Positions 39,470-51,300 of a stretch of 58,790 nt of DNA are shown one piece after another. Origin of the DNA: Reclinomonas americana ATCC 50394 (lineage: Eukaryota); contig PS015219.1 in assembly GCA_048213135.1 (NCBI GenBank), positions 1-58,790 on the forward strand, in the 5' to 3' direction. The notes below the pieces were generated by a model that was not told the DNA's origin, searched no databases, and worked only from the letters and a program-made list of their open reading frames with translations. Made by a program: the position numbers and the translations under genes. Each line of letters opens with the position of its first letter. Within the stretch, counting starts at the first letter, position 1.

Positions 39470-39768
39470 CAACCTGTTTCTCTCTTTGTTTTTCCATTGA
39501 ACGAAAAAGACCTTCTTCCACCGTCTTGTGGATTGCTGAATGCGCTCGGGGTCGGTCTCCTCGGCGTGTGCTCGAAAGTTCTCTGCACAGCGCATGCACA
39601 CGCACACACGCGCGCGCGCGCGCGCGCTCCAAGAAGATGCCGCACACACCTTCATTGTACTACCCTCGCGCCGATGTCGGCACTTTCGTGTTCGCCGCAT
39701 GCAGTGCGTAGCGGTACAGCGAACGTGCTTCACAAGAGCGGTGCAGGCACTGCCACTCGGCTTGCCAT
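39470..39768 (-). pseudogene. LYR-motif (LYRM9-like) pseudogene
   Basis: SLYRYALHAANTKVPTSARG*YNEGVC|ENFRAHAEETDPERIQQ; in-frame TAG at 39660-39662, ATG at 39768 out of frame, second apparent frameshift after RIQQ. Confidence 0.7.
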
Positions 39769-40505
39769 TGCACGACGTACAAACAGAATGTCCGTCCGTC
39801 CCTTGTCTCTTCTCACGCGCCACCATGTGCAGAGGAGAATGCACGCGACGCCGTTCCACTGCTGACACATCGCGAGGCAGATGATGGAGTCATTCACGAC
39901 GATGCAGAGCGGTAGTGTGCGTTGCGCTCGTTGTTCCGATCCCTCTCCCACTCTCTTCTTGACACACACGCGTGGCCACACAGAGACTTTTACCGTGTGC
40001 GTGCGGCTCGGCGCATGCGTCGTCGACTGCCGTGACGTGTGTCTCTTCTTGGCTGTCTGCGGCGCGCGCCGTCATGTTGGTGATGGGTGTTGTGTGGTGG
40101 ACGCGTGAGGATGCCAGCTGGGAGGATCGCAGCGGCAGTTGCGCAGCGCTGCGTGGTGTCATCTGTCTTCTGTTGTTGTGTTGATTCGAGCCCGCACACA
40201 GTATGTGTTTTGCCGGGATTCTATGCTGTGTTTGTGCTGGTGATGTGGTGGCGAATGACGGCAAGGCTTCTCCATTCGTCGCGCGCTGCCGCAGTGGCGA
40301 GTTTGGAGACCAGATCCGATGATCGCTGTCCCACCCGCGTACGCCCAGAACTCGCACTGCCTTTGGGCCGAGATGCGTGGCCTCTCCCACGAAGCGCGTA
40401 GAGGCGCAAAGAAGTTTTCTGTACGGTGATTTTTCGCGCGCATTTCTTCCTCGTAACAGCTTTCTGTCCTTTTTTCCTCGGCGCGAGAGATAGTGCAAGT
40501 GTGTA

Positions 40506-43500
40506 ATGCGATTAACACAGTTGCTGGTTGCAGTGACACTGCTGTTGACGGTTTTGCTCGTCACCTTCACGTTGACGAATGCTGGTGAGTCGCCTCGCGC
40601 TGATGTGGCCATGGTGTTTTGTTGCCTGTCATGTTTTCGCGCGCACCAGTGTGGCGCGTGCAATCTCGTTCTCGTGCTCACCCCTGTGTGATTCTCTTGT
40701 GCTTCTGCTGTGATCTCCCAGACACGGATGTGGAGACGGATGGTGAGAGACACGCACAAAGTTGGTGGTGTATTGTGTGTGGGTCTCGTTTTGTTCACTT
40801 CTCCGCGGGAAATCAATGATTCGCCTATGCACACGCATGCACGTGCACACAGTGGTGCCTCCTGTGCACTGTTTTCTGACTCTCTGGCGCATAGCAGTGA
40901 CCGAAGCAGCGGAGGACTTTGGTGAGCTGGAGGATGATAGTGGGCTTACTGAAGTCGACGATGCAAGATTGCCGGTGAGACTGATCATGAACCCTGCTTC
41001 TCGTCTGTTTGTTTATCAGTGTGATCTCTCACGCGCGATTTCCAGCGTGGTCCGCCCGGCGATGACGGCAAGCCTGGCAAAGACGGCAAGGTTTGGAGAC
41101 ACATGCACACATGCACACATCGCAGTGACCGTCAGTCAATGATAACTGTGTCGCAGGCTGGTCCTCGTGGCTCCGCCGGTTCCCCAGGAAAGCCAGGCAA
41201 ACATGGCAAGGTGCAGTCGCTCGACTCCGTGCACGGTACAACTCGATTGATGCCGCTGCTGCTGACACGCACTCTCCACACACAGCGCGGCAAATCTGGC
41301 GCGCGTGGCAAACCAGGCAAGGTGTGGTGGTAGTGGTGGTGTTGTTTACGCATGGCTGAGGTAGGTGGCATGCTGACTTGAATGCATCGAGTCGTAGGGT
41401 GGTCGCAGACCGCCTGGAAAAAACGGCAAGGGTGGACCGGTTTGTGTTGCCTGGCGCTTGTCCTCCTCGGCTCGTTTGCCCCCACTCACTCATGCATCTT
41501 GCGCGTGCAGCACGGAGCTCCTGGTCCGCACGGATCATCAGGTGACGACCGGAAGGTGAGGACGGCGATCTTGTGTGTCTGACTGCTTGCCGGATGTTGC
41601 TCGATCTCTCACACTGCGCCTTCCTCAGCCCGGCAGGAATGGCAACGACGGCAAGGCTGGACGGGTTTGTCCTTCCTCGTGTACATGCCACGTTGATGAT
41701 TTACTGTGGTACTCACTGTGCGCACATGTAGCCGAGACCTGCCGGTCTTCGTGGCCCTTCCGGCCACCGCGGCAAGCGCGGCAAGGTGAGTGTGTCAGTA
41801 GCATCGCATGCTGCGCTCTGTGGTGTTCATGCATGCTCCTCAGCGTGGACATCCCAGCTGCAGTCGCGATAGCAAGGATGGTGAAAATGGATTGCTATGT
41901 GTTAGTGTGCCAGACGACACTCATGCTGACCGTTGACTTTCTTTGCAGTCGGGCAAGGACGGCACAGACGACGCTCCCGGCAAGGTACACCTTCCCCTGC
42001 CTGTTATCTGTGCATATTGCGACACAGTAGCACTCGTTCACAACAGTTGATCTAGTCATGTAGCGCACATCCTCGCATCTGCACGTTTTTTTGTTTTCTA
42101 ACGGTCTTTACTCTGCGCAGACTCACACTACTTCGATCCCAGCATCCCCAAAGGTGGTGGCGCCTGCAGCACCAAGGCCAACTGCAACAACAATGGCTGT
42201 TGCGTTCATTTCGTCGCGCGTCGTGTGGATGATTCTGTCTTATCGGGTGACAAACTCTGTGCACAGCATGCGTGGCCGGCAAGTGTGTGTGCGGCAAGGG
42301 CATGATCGCCGGCCTCTGGTGCCAGGTGCCTATCTCTCTCTCGGCGATGCAAGTGACTGTGCTGGAGACTCACCGCTCCTGTATTTATGTGATGCAGTGC
42401 CGTCCGACGCAGACCGACGGCGTGTGCCGCTTGCGGGAAAAAATGTACCTCGTGCACAATGTGTGCGTGGCCGCCGACGTGTGTGTGGCCACCACGCAAG
42501 CGGAGCGCGCCAGCACGCTCACGGGCGCACAGCTGGTCTCGCAGTGGAATGATGCAGCGTTGCGCAGCGCCCTGTTGTTGTCTTTGTTTCCGCACGCTTT
42601 TTCTGTTGTTTTGACGCGGGCATGCAGCATGAAATCGATCAAGGCGAACCAGATGCCGCCGCCCGACGCGGCGCGTATGTTGGCCATTATGCACCTAGCC
42701 ATGCACGATGCCATCCAGAACGTCCCTGGCGGTCGGGTGCGCGCGCGTTTATTTCTCTTCGGTCACCAACGGTCACTGTGGCGATCGTCGGTGTTTATCT
42801 TCAATCGCTCACCACACCCTCTCTCCTCTCTCCAACCACGCAGTACAAGAAGTACAAGTACGTAGCCACGCAGTGCAAGAAGTACGTAACCACGAAGTAC
42901 AAGAAGCGCAAGCACGTGACCGGCAGCACTCCGGCTGCCAACACATCCCGTGAGGCTGCCGCCGCTCAGGCCGCCCATGACGCTCTCTGCTTCTTCTTCG
43001 CCGCCCGCACGCCATTGTTGGATGCTCTGTTGGCAAAGCACCTGGCGACGATCGCCGACGGCGCATCCAAGGTTTGCGACACTCTCTTAGTCTTCCCCTT
43101 CGCTCACCTCACTCGCGCCGCGCAGACCCAGGGCATCGCGCTCGGATCCACCATTGCCGCCATGATTCTGGCCGATCGTGCTACCGATGGCGTGTCGAAC
43201 CCAGCGCCACCGTACGTTGTGAATCCCGCCGTCGGCTACTACAAGCTGACGCCGCCCAGCTTTGGCCAGCCGGTGGCGCAACAGTACCCGTTTGTGCGAC
43301 CGTTCGCCATGCTCACGCAGGGCATGTTCCGCATCACACCGTCGTCGCCGTTGTACTCGGACTACATCAAGTCCACAACGCCGTTCAACCCGACCACCTT
43401 TGTCACGACAGCGGCCTACACCACTGCCTTCCAGGAGGCAAAGGACTATGGAAGTGCGAACAGCACCAAGCGCACCGCTGATCAGGCGCAGACTGCTCTC

Positions 43501-44193
43501 TTTTGGCGCGTCGATCCAGTCGGCACCGCCCAAGTCATCACACCGCCGGGCCTGCACAACACTCAGACACAGCAGTTTGTGCTGGCGCACAACCGCGACT
43601 TGCAAGACGCGGCACGCATCTTTGCGCTGCTGAACATGTCGCTGGCCGACGCGGCCATCATGTGCTGGGACATGAAGGTTTGTTGCTGGCCCTCCTCCCG
43701 CAGCTGCGAGCAAATGCCTCACACAATCGTGTGACTTCGTGCAGGTGAACCTGAACTTCTGGCGCCCGGTGACTGGCATCAACAATGCCGACATTGACAA
43801 CAACTCGTCGACCGCCAAGGACGCTTCGTGGAGCTCGTACATCACCACGCCGCCGCACCAGTCCACGCCGTCGGGACACTCGACTTTTGCTGGCGCTGGT
43901 GCCACCGTCTTGGCAGCGTTCTTCGACGAGGAGACTCCGTTGCGTCGATCGCAGACGAGAATCAGAGAGAGGTTGTCGCTCACGAGTATAACTTCGATAG
44001 GTGGACGCAAGAGGCCGACGAGTTTGTCGGCATGTGGCGCCGCTGGGGATCGCTGTGGGAGGCGGCGGCCGAAGACGGCCAGTCGCGCGTCTATGGCGGT
44101 GTGCACTGGCAGTTCGACAACCTTATTGGTCTGACGTCGGGCCGCCTGCTGGGCAAGTACGTTGTCAACAACTACCTCACCCCCAATGCGTAA
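40506..44193 (+). CDS. Secreted collagen-like + Cys-rich + vanadium haloperoxidase-like fusion protein, copy 2
   Basis: Signal peptide, acidic linker, nine Gly-X-Y micro-exons (41046-41984), Cys-rich domain paralogous to copy 1, then MKVNLNFWRP, TPPHQSTPSGH, SRVYGGVHW. One junction (42081) needs a GC donor or an alternative acceptor. Confidence 0.8.
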
Positions 44194-44313
44194 TATGCAA
44201 CGGAGAGGAGTACAAGGCGGGGGTTAAGTGTTGCAATGAGAGAGCGACTGTGAAGGGAATGAAACGTCGCATACTGTCGGTCCTCATCTCCTAGGCCTCA
44301 TCTAGTGATCGTA

Positions 44314-45722
44314 ATGTGGGCGCGAGTGCGACACACTCTCACTGCTCCACAGCGCTTTGCGTCGTTCGTGGTGAACGAAAGCGCAGGTCGTCTGTGGCGA
44401 CTGTTGTGGAGACCAGCGACATATCTCCGCGTCGCCCTCCACTTGTGTGTGTTGGCCGTGGTGGCGTCGGTGGTGTGCATCATCGCCCTCGCCGTGACAG
44501 TGATGATGTATCGCTCGGTGCCCGAGTCGGTGATCGACCGCGAGCTGCACTTTGACTTTCGCGAGTTGCGCGCGGGCGATTGCAGGAACTCCTTCCACAC
44601 TCGCTCTCTCACACACACGAGTGCAGATCATCGCCGATCGCCTACAGCACATTCGATGGCAGCGAGCTGTGGAAGAACACGGCCTACGATGTGTACGTGG
44701 AGCTGGACATTCCACGATCGCCGGAGAATGAACGCGTTGGTGAGTGCATCATCATCTACGACCCGGCTTCCGCTTCTTCTTCTTCACTGACTCGCACCGC
44801 GTGCGCAGGCTCGATCGTCATTGTACTGTCGCTGCAGGATGAGCGAGGCGCAGTGCTGGAGCGAGCGGTGCGCACAGTCGCCCTCAAGTATCGCAACTGG
44901 TTGGTCTCCACGGTGACCACGGTGCTGTGGGCGCCCCTGACACTGCTGGGAATGACCGACGGCGACGAGTCGCACATCTCCACACTGATGGTGCGCGGGT
45001 ACGTGGATCGTCACGCGCTGGTCAACCGCACCACGCTGTCCACGATGATGGTGACACTTTCGTCGTCGAGCATTCGTCTGTACGGCGCGCGACTGCGACT
45101 GGAATCGAGACTGGGGTGGCTCGGGTGAGACGTGTTGTGCACGCCGGCACTGTTGTGGTTGGTTTCTCATCGCTCTGTTTGCAGAGGACTGCTGCAACTG
45201 TCGCCTCTTGTGTTTGCCACCACGGCCGGCATCGGCACCTTCGTCGCCCTCATGTGCCCGTACATGTGTTACTTGTGCTTCGCGGCGGCCCGTGCGCTGC
45301 TTTGGCACAGCCCCGAGGTCGACAGCGACGTCGACGACAATTACAGTGGATCGCCGAGTCCGCGCAGGTCACCGCCGAGCCCACGCAGTGCCCGACTCGC
45401 CTCCGCACCGAGTCGACGCTCTCGTGTGACCATTTCGTCGACGAGTACGTCGACCACTGCCGTCGTGGCGGCCGCGGCTCGAGCGGTACAACTCGATAGC
45501 TCTGACGATGACGAGCAGCACCACCACCACCACCACCAGGGTGATGTTGGGGCCGACGATGCAGACGATCTGGACGACGACGCGTCGGCATCGGCCCTAT
45601 TTCACCGAGTGACCGAAACCGAAGTCGTGCAACAGCGAACTGTCGAACGAGTGAGCTCGGTGCGGCGAAGAAAAGCAGCTGCCGCTGCCGTTGGCAGTGG
45701 AAGTGGCAGCAGAAAGAGATAG
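44314..45722 (+). CDS. BSCL2: Seipin (lipid droplet biogenesis)
   Basis: TM, RELHFDF, YDVYVELDIPRSPENERVG, LKYRNWLVSTVTTVLWAPLTLLG, IRLYGARLRLESRLGWLGGLL, second TM. Confidence 0.9.
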
Positions 45723-45804
45723 CTCTTCGTAAACTTGTGTATGTCCTGTGCGATCACAGCTGATCACTTCGTCGTTGTCTTGCGGGAAGCGACTGCAGTG
45801 GCGG

Positions 45805-48226
45805 ATGCTCTCCGATGAAGATCGGCAGGCGCTAACAGTCCACGTGTGTCCTCTACACCGCAACGTTGCGTGCTTCTCCACCCGCGCATTCCTCCGATCC
45901 TTCTTCTCACTCTACACTCCCACTCCACAGACCGATGCGGCTCCGCTCCGTGTCTTCTTCGAATCACTGGGCGCAGTGGCCGACTTTCTACTGATTCGCA
46001 AGGACCGCTACGCATTCGCGCTGGTTCAGTTCAGCGACATTATCGGTTGCCACAATGCTCTCTCTCTCTCGGGCACCAACATCAATGCCGGCTCCGTTGT
46101 CTCCAATCGGTGAGCTCTCTCTCTCACATACACCTGTGACATGTGCATACTACACACACGCGCGCGCGTGTACACGTACATTCGTGGTGCTGACGGAGCA
46201 GACAACTCGCGTCCTTCCCAGCGTCAACATTCGTCAATCACAGCAGCCGATTGTTCATCGCTCGGCTCCACCACCACCTGACGTAACGTCGCAGTCGCCT
46301 GCCAAGCCGCGGATGAATGGCGGTGGACACTCGCAGTATCGCCAGCACGCACCTCCGGCATCATCGCCGCCACCATTACTGCTTCAATCGGCTCCACCGC
46401 TGCCCTCTGCTGCTCCTGCGCCACCACCACCGCCACCACCGCCGCCACTGTACAATCATGCTCTGTATATCCATCCCCAACTTCATCACCACCCGCATCC
46501 GCACCACTTCCACAATGGGCATCATCCACATCACCACGCAATGCCGATGCAGTTTCATCCCCATCCCCCTCATCCTCATCATCATCATCTTCCGCAGCAT
46601 CACCTCGGTGGCCACACGCCGCAACCACTTCCACCTCCGCAGAGCAGTATCCTGTCGCTGCCGCCAGGTCTGCTGCCGTTCCCGATGCATACGGCCGGAC
46701 CTCTGCTGCCGTCGGCGCCGCCCCTGGTTGCTTCAGCGCCACTGCTGCCGCTGGTTTCGTCACCGCCACCGCCGCCGCCGCCACCGCCACCGCCACCACC
46801 GCCATCGGTGGTATCGGCGATGTGGCCAATGCCGCCGGCAGTGACCACCACGCCTCAAATGGTAGGTGTACCGCTGTCGCAGCAGCCACCACCGCTATTG
46901 TCAGCATCGCTGGCACAGCCGCCTCCTCTGGTGCAGCCGAGTGCACTGGTTCTGTCGCCGTACGGATCCGGGCCAGCTCTCGCTCTTTCCGCAGCTCCGC
47001 ATGTGCCGTTCCCGTCGTATGCACCGATGCCCGAGAAAGTGCCGCTGTCGGACGAGTTGTACGACAGCGGAGTGCCGACAGTGAGTGGTGCGCTGCCGGA
47101 ACCCGACGTACCCAACACGGTGGTGGTGAAGAATGTGGCAAATGTTGCGTCTCCTGTTGTGTGTGCATTCCCTGTCGCGGCTGCCTTATTGATCGCTTTT
47201 TCCGTAGATTCCACGCACCGAGGTGGTTCGTTTCTTTGCCGACTGTGGACCCATCATCTCATCGTCGCACAAGACCGACGAGCGGCCCTTCTGCATCATT
47301 GGTTTCGGCTCACGACACGCCTACGAGGCGGCGTTCGAGAAGACCTCGTTGGAGATTCGCGGCCAGCAGATCACGTTGCGTGGTCGTCTGCAGCTGTGCT
47401 GTGCTGTGACAAAGTCTCTCACACTATACGTCTCTGCAGTGTGCTGCCGTACCGCAAATCGGAGCGGCAGCGAGCGCGTGAGGCAGAGAAGGAGCGCATC
47501 AAGGCACTGAAAGCGTCGCTGCTGTTGCGCTATCGCGACACGCAGGAGTCTGCCGCCGTCCACAAACCCGACTCGGAGGTCAGTGAGCACTGGTAGCCGT
47601 GATGTCTTGTTTCTGACTACTAACTTTTCGGGAAGCAGTCGAGCCACTCACGCCAGCTGGAGGTGGACTCGCTGCGCATGGCGTTGGAGATGCAGGCGGT
47701 CGAGATGGGTGGCGACTTTCAGGGTACGTGCTGCCACTAGTTTAGCATGTGAGCCCGATGCACTCGGTGGTGACGGTGTGCGCGCACAGGTCCGGATGGC
47801 AGCCTGCTGCGGGAAATGTTGGCGCGCGTCTCGATGGACGAGGATCCAGTGAGCATTCCCGACACCGACGCCGACGACGTCATGTTGCGCCGGCTCCGCT
47901 GCTGTCGCTCTCTGTTGCACCGGAGCCTAACTGTTCTCTACTCTCTGTCTCGCAGCTGCTCAATCTGCTATGACTTCCTGGCGGCGCAGCCGTGTCGCAC
48001 GCTTCATTGCGGACATGAATTCCACGACGGCTGCATCCAGGCGTGGCACACCCGCGAATGCGAAAACCTGTCGGCGGCGCACACCTGCCCACTGTGCCGT
48101 GCACCCTACATGCTGCCGAACACCGAAGCGTCGGCCGCCGCCACAGCAGCTGCCATGGCCGCCGCAGCAGCTGGACCGTCGCGACCTCCGTCCTCCCCTT
48201 CCTGTTGCTCCAAGTTCAGCTTCTGA
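45805..48226 (+). CDS. RRM - Pro/His-rich region - RRM - RING-H2 protein (putative RNA-binding E3 ligase)
   Basis: RYAFALVQF and NTVVVKNV…RPFCIIGF RRM motifs; CSIC…CGHEFHDGC…CPLCR RING-H2. Confidence 0.8.
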
Positions 48227-48396
48227 GCTGTTTACAACGTGGCAGCGTGTACATCAGGAGACGCAAGGGGGCTTGCCAGGGAATCAATGAAGAATGAGGT
48301 TGTTTACGGGGAAACGTCGCCACCGATGGATGGTCCTGTCAGCGAGCTAGGCGGGCCCAAGCACTCACGAAAGCACACTTGCGAACTCCATCGCCG

Positions 48397-51300
48397 ATGG
48401 CTGACCGACTGGGGCGACTCTCCGACCTCGACGCGGCGATCGTGCGCGAGTTGGCATACTCTGATGCCGTCTCACTGGAGGACGATGAAACGCGAGTGCT
48501 CAGCTTTCGCAATCTGTTGCGCTCTCACACGCACACTCTCTTTCTCTCTCCCATTCTTCACGACACTCACTGTGGCACCAGAGGGCCGCACTTTGTGGGC
48601 ACCAGTCCCACTGTCTCACAGCGAATCAAGACGCTCTTTCTCGATCACAACTGCATACGATCGGTTTGTGCGAGTCCCTTGCTTCGTCGCTCTCACACAC
48701 TCTCACACACACTCTCTCTCTGTGTGTGTGTGCGTGTGCAGGTGCAACTACCAAACGGAACAGAAGTCACCGACTTGTACCTCGATCACAATGCGCTGGA
48801 GGTGTTGGATGGCGAAAGCCTCGGATGTGCGCATCGGCTGGTGTCGCTGAATGTGTCGTGCAATCGGATTCGTGAACTGCGCCATGTCGATGGTGAGGCG
48901 CGACACAGAGAGAGAAAGGGGGCGGACTGAGCGATCCCTCACACANNNNNNNNNNNNNNNNNNNNNNNNNNNNNNNNNNNNNNNNNNNNNNNNNNNNNNN
49001 NNNNNNNNNNNNNNNNNNNNNNNNNNNNNNNNNNNNNNNNNNNNNNNNNNNNNNNNNNNNNNNNNNNNNNNNNNNNNNNNNNNNNNNNNNNNNNNNNNNN
49101 NNNNNNNNNNNNNNNNNNNNNNNNNNNNNNNNNNNNNNNNNNNNNNNNNNNNNNNNNNNNNNNNNNNNNNNNNNNNNNNNNNNNNNNNNNNNNNNNNNNN
49201 NNNNNNNNNNNNNNNNNNNNNNNNNNNNNNNNNNNNNNNNNNNNNNNNNNNNNNNNNNNNNNNNNNNNNNNNNNNNNNNNNNNNNNNNNNNNNNNNNNNN
49301 NNNNNNNNNNNNNNNNNNNNNNNNNNNNNNNNNNNNNNNNNNNNNNNNNNNNNNNNNNNNNNNNNNNNNNNNNNNNNNNNNNNNNNNNNNNNNNNNNNNN
49401 NNNNNNNNNNNNNNNNNNNNNNNNNNNNNNNNNNNNNNNNNNNNNNNNNNNNNNNNNNNNNNNNNNNNNAGGACCACTTGAGACGACGAGGCGATTTCGC
49501 ACAGGTCGGCAAGCGCTGCATCGACGAAGTCATGAGCTGAGCACACACACAGACACACAACACAGTGCACGCAATGACCCCACCAGTCATAACGCGGCCA
49601 CCAGAACCGCGCACGGCGTCAAAGGGCGACTCGTCGGGCACGGCTTGACCGTTCACCGTGTCGGCGCCCGGCACCAACACCGAAAGCACCTTGCGCACCT
49701 GCGGACCGTCGCCGAGCGGATTGCCGCGGAGATCGAGTACGCGCAACGCGGCCAGGTGAGCGAGCTGCACCACATCGCGGAAGTGAGCGATGCGGTTGCC
49801 GGAGAGCACGAGCGTCTTCAGTGTGCCACACAGGGCGCAGTCGGCGGGAACGCGAAACGCGGCCAGCTCGTTGTTCGCCAGCAGGAGTGTCTCCAGCGAC
49901 AGGAACGCTGCGTGTGCGCGACGCANNNNNNNNNNNNNNNNNNNNNNNNNNNNNNNNNNNNNNNNNNNNNNNNNNNNNNNNNNNNNNNNNNNNNNNNNNN
50001 NNNNNNNNNNNNNNNNNNNNNNNNNNNNNNNNNNNNNNNNNNNNNNNNNNNNNNNNNNNNNNNNNNNNNNNNNNNNNNNNNNNNNNNNNNNNNNNNNNNN
50101 NNNNNNNNNNNNNNNNNNNNNNNNNNNNNNNNNNNNNNNNNNNNNNNNNNNNNNNNNNNNNNNNNNNNNNNNNNNNNNNNNNNNNNNNNNNNNNNNNNNN
50201 NNNNNNNNNNNNNNNNNNNNNNNNNNNNNNNNNNNNNNNNNNNNNNNNNNNNNNNNNNNNNNNNNNNNNNNNNNNNNNNNNNNNNNNNNNNNNNNNNNNN
50301 NNNNNNNNNNNNNNNNNNNNNNNNNNNNNNNNNNNNNNNNNNNNNNNNNNNNNNNNNNNNNNNNNNNNNNNNNNNNNNNNNNNNNNNNNNNNNNNNNNNN
50401 NNNNNNNNNNNNNNNNNNNNNNNNNNNNNNNNNNNNNNNNNNNNNNNNNNNNNNNNNNNNNNNNGGACCTGGCCGTCTCGCTGTGTCACACGCCCGCCGG
50501 CCGCGCCGAGTTCGTCCGTCTGGCTCAAATGGCACGCGAGCAGGAGGGACTGCCACAGCCGCCGTCAATCTTGTTGCGTCGACCTGTGGGAAGTTTCGCA
50601 CACACCGCAACTGCTGAACTCGCCTCAATCGCTGCAGTCAATCATCACTCGGTCTGCTGCTTGCCGTCGGCAGCGATCCAGGATTCGAGCTCGGCGACAT
50701 GACACGCAACGAGGTGCATCGCTACGTTGAGGGGCCCACGTCGCTGCTCTCCACCAAACCGCCATCATTGCCGCCCACGCTGCCGGTGCCATCGTTCTCG
50801 CTCTTTGGTTGAGTTTGCTCGTGTGCATGAGGGCGTTTCCTATCTCCTGCGACTTAACTCGCAAGTGCTGCTGCTCCAGGTACACCACCAAAGACACCCG
50901 ATGTGCCGTACGACATGCTGGCCACCGACGACGGTATGAGCGCGTCGTCCACGGGCTCACGGCGACAGCACGACACCTTGCATTCATCACCACCGTCTCC
51001 TGGTGCCTCGACCGCCGACCACTCGCTCCAGCACACTACCACCGATCCGCACTACCAGGCGGAGGCGCACGAAGACGTGGTGGTGGTTGTCACGGATCAC
51101 GACCCACCGGTTCCACAGCCGCCACGCGCCACGGCTGTGCGCAATGCAGCGACCCCGCCACCACCATCATCTGCACCCGCACCTGCATCTCGTGGACCTC
51201 GACCACTGGCCGTGACTGCCAAGCCACCGCCACCTGCGCCACGGGGAGCAGCACCATCAGCACAACAACAACAGCGGTCTGAGGAGACAAGGAAGCCGTC

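Noticed and set aside
39660-39662. In-frame TAG in the LYR gene as a sign of stop-codon reassignment
   Set aside because: TAG, TAA and TGA all end intact genes here (e.g. seipin TAG, SKP1-like TAA, RPA12 TGA), and the locus also has frameshifts.
39824-40184. Possible degenerate membrane-protein fragment upstream of VHPO copy 2
   Set aside because: No consistent frame or recognisable homology.
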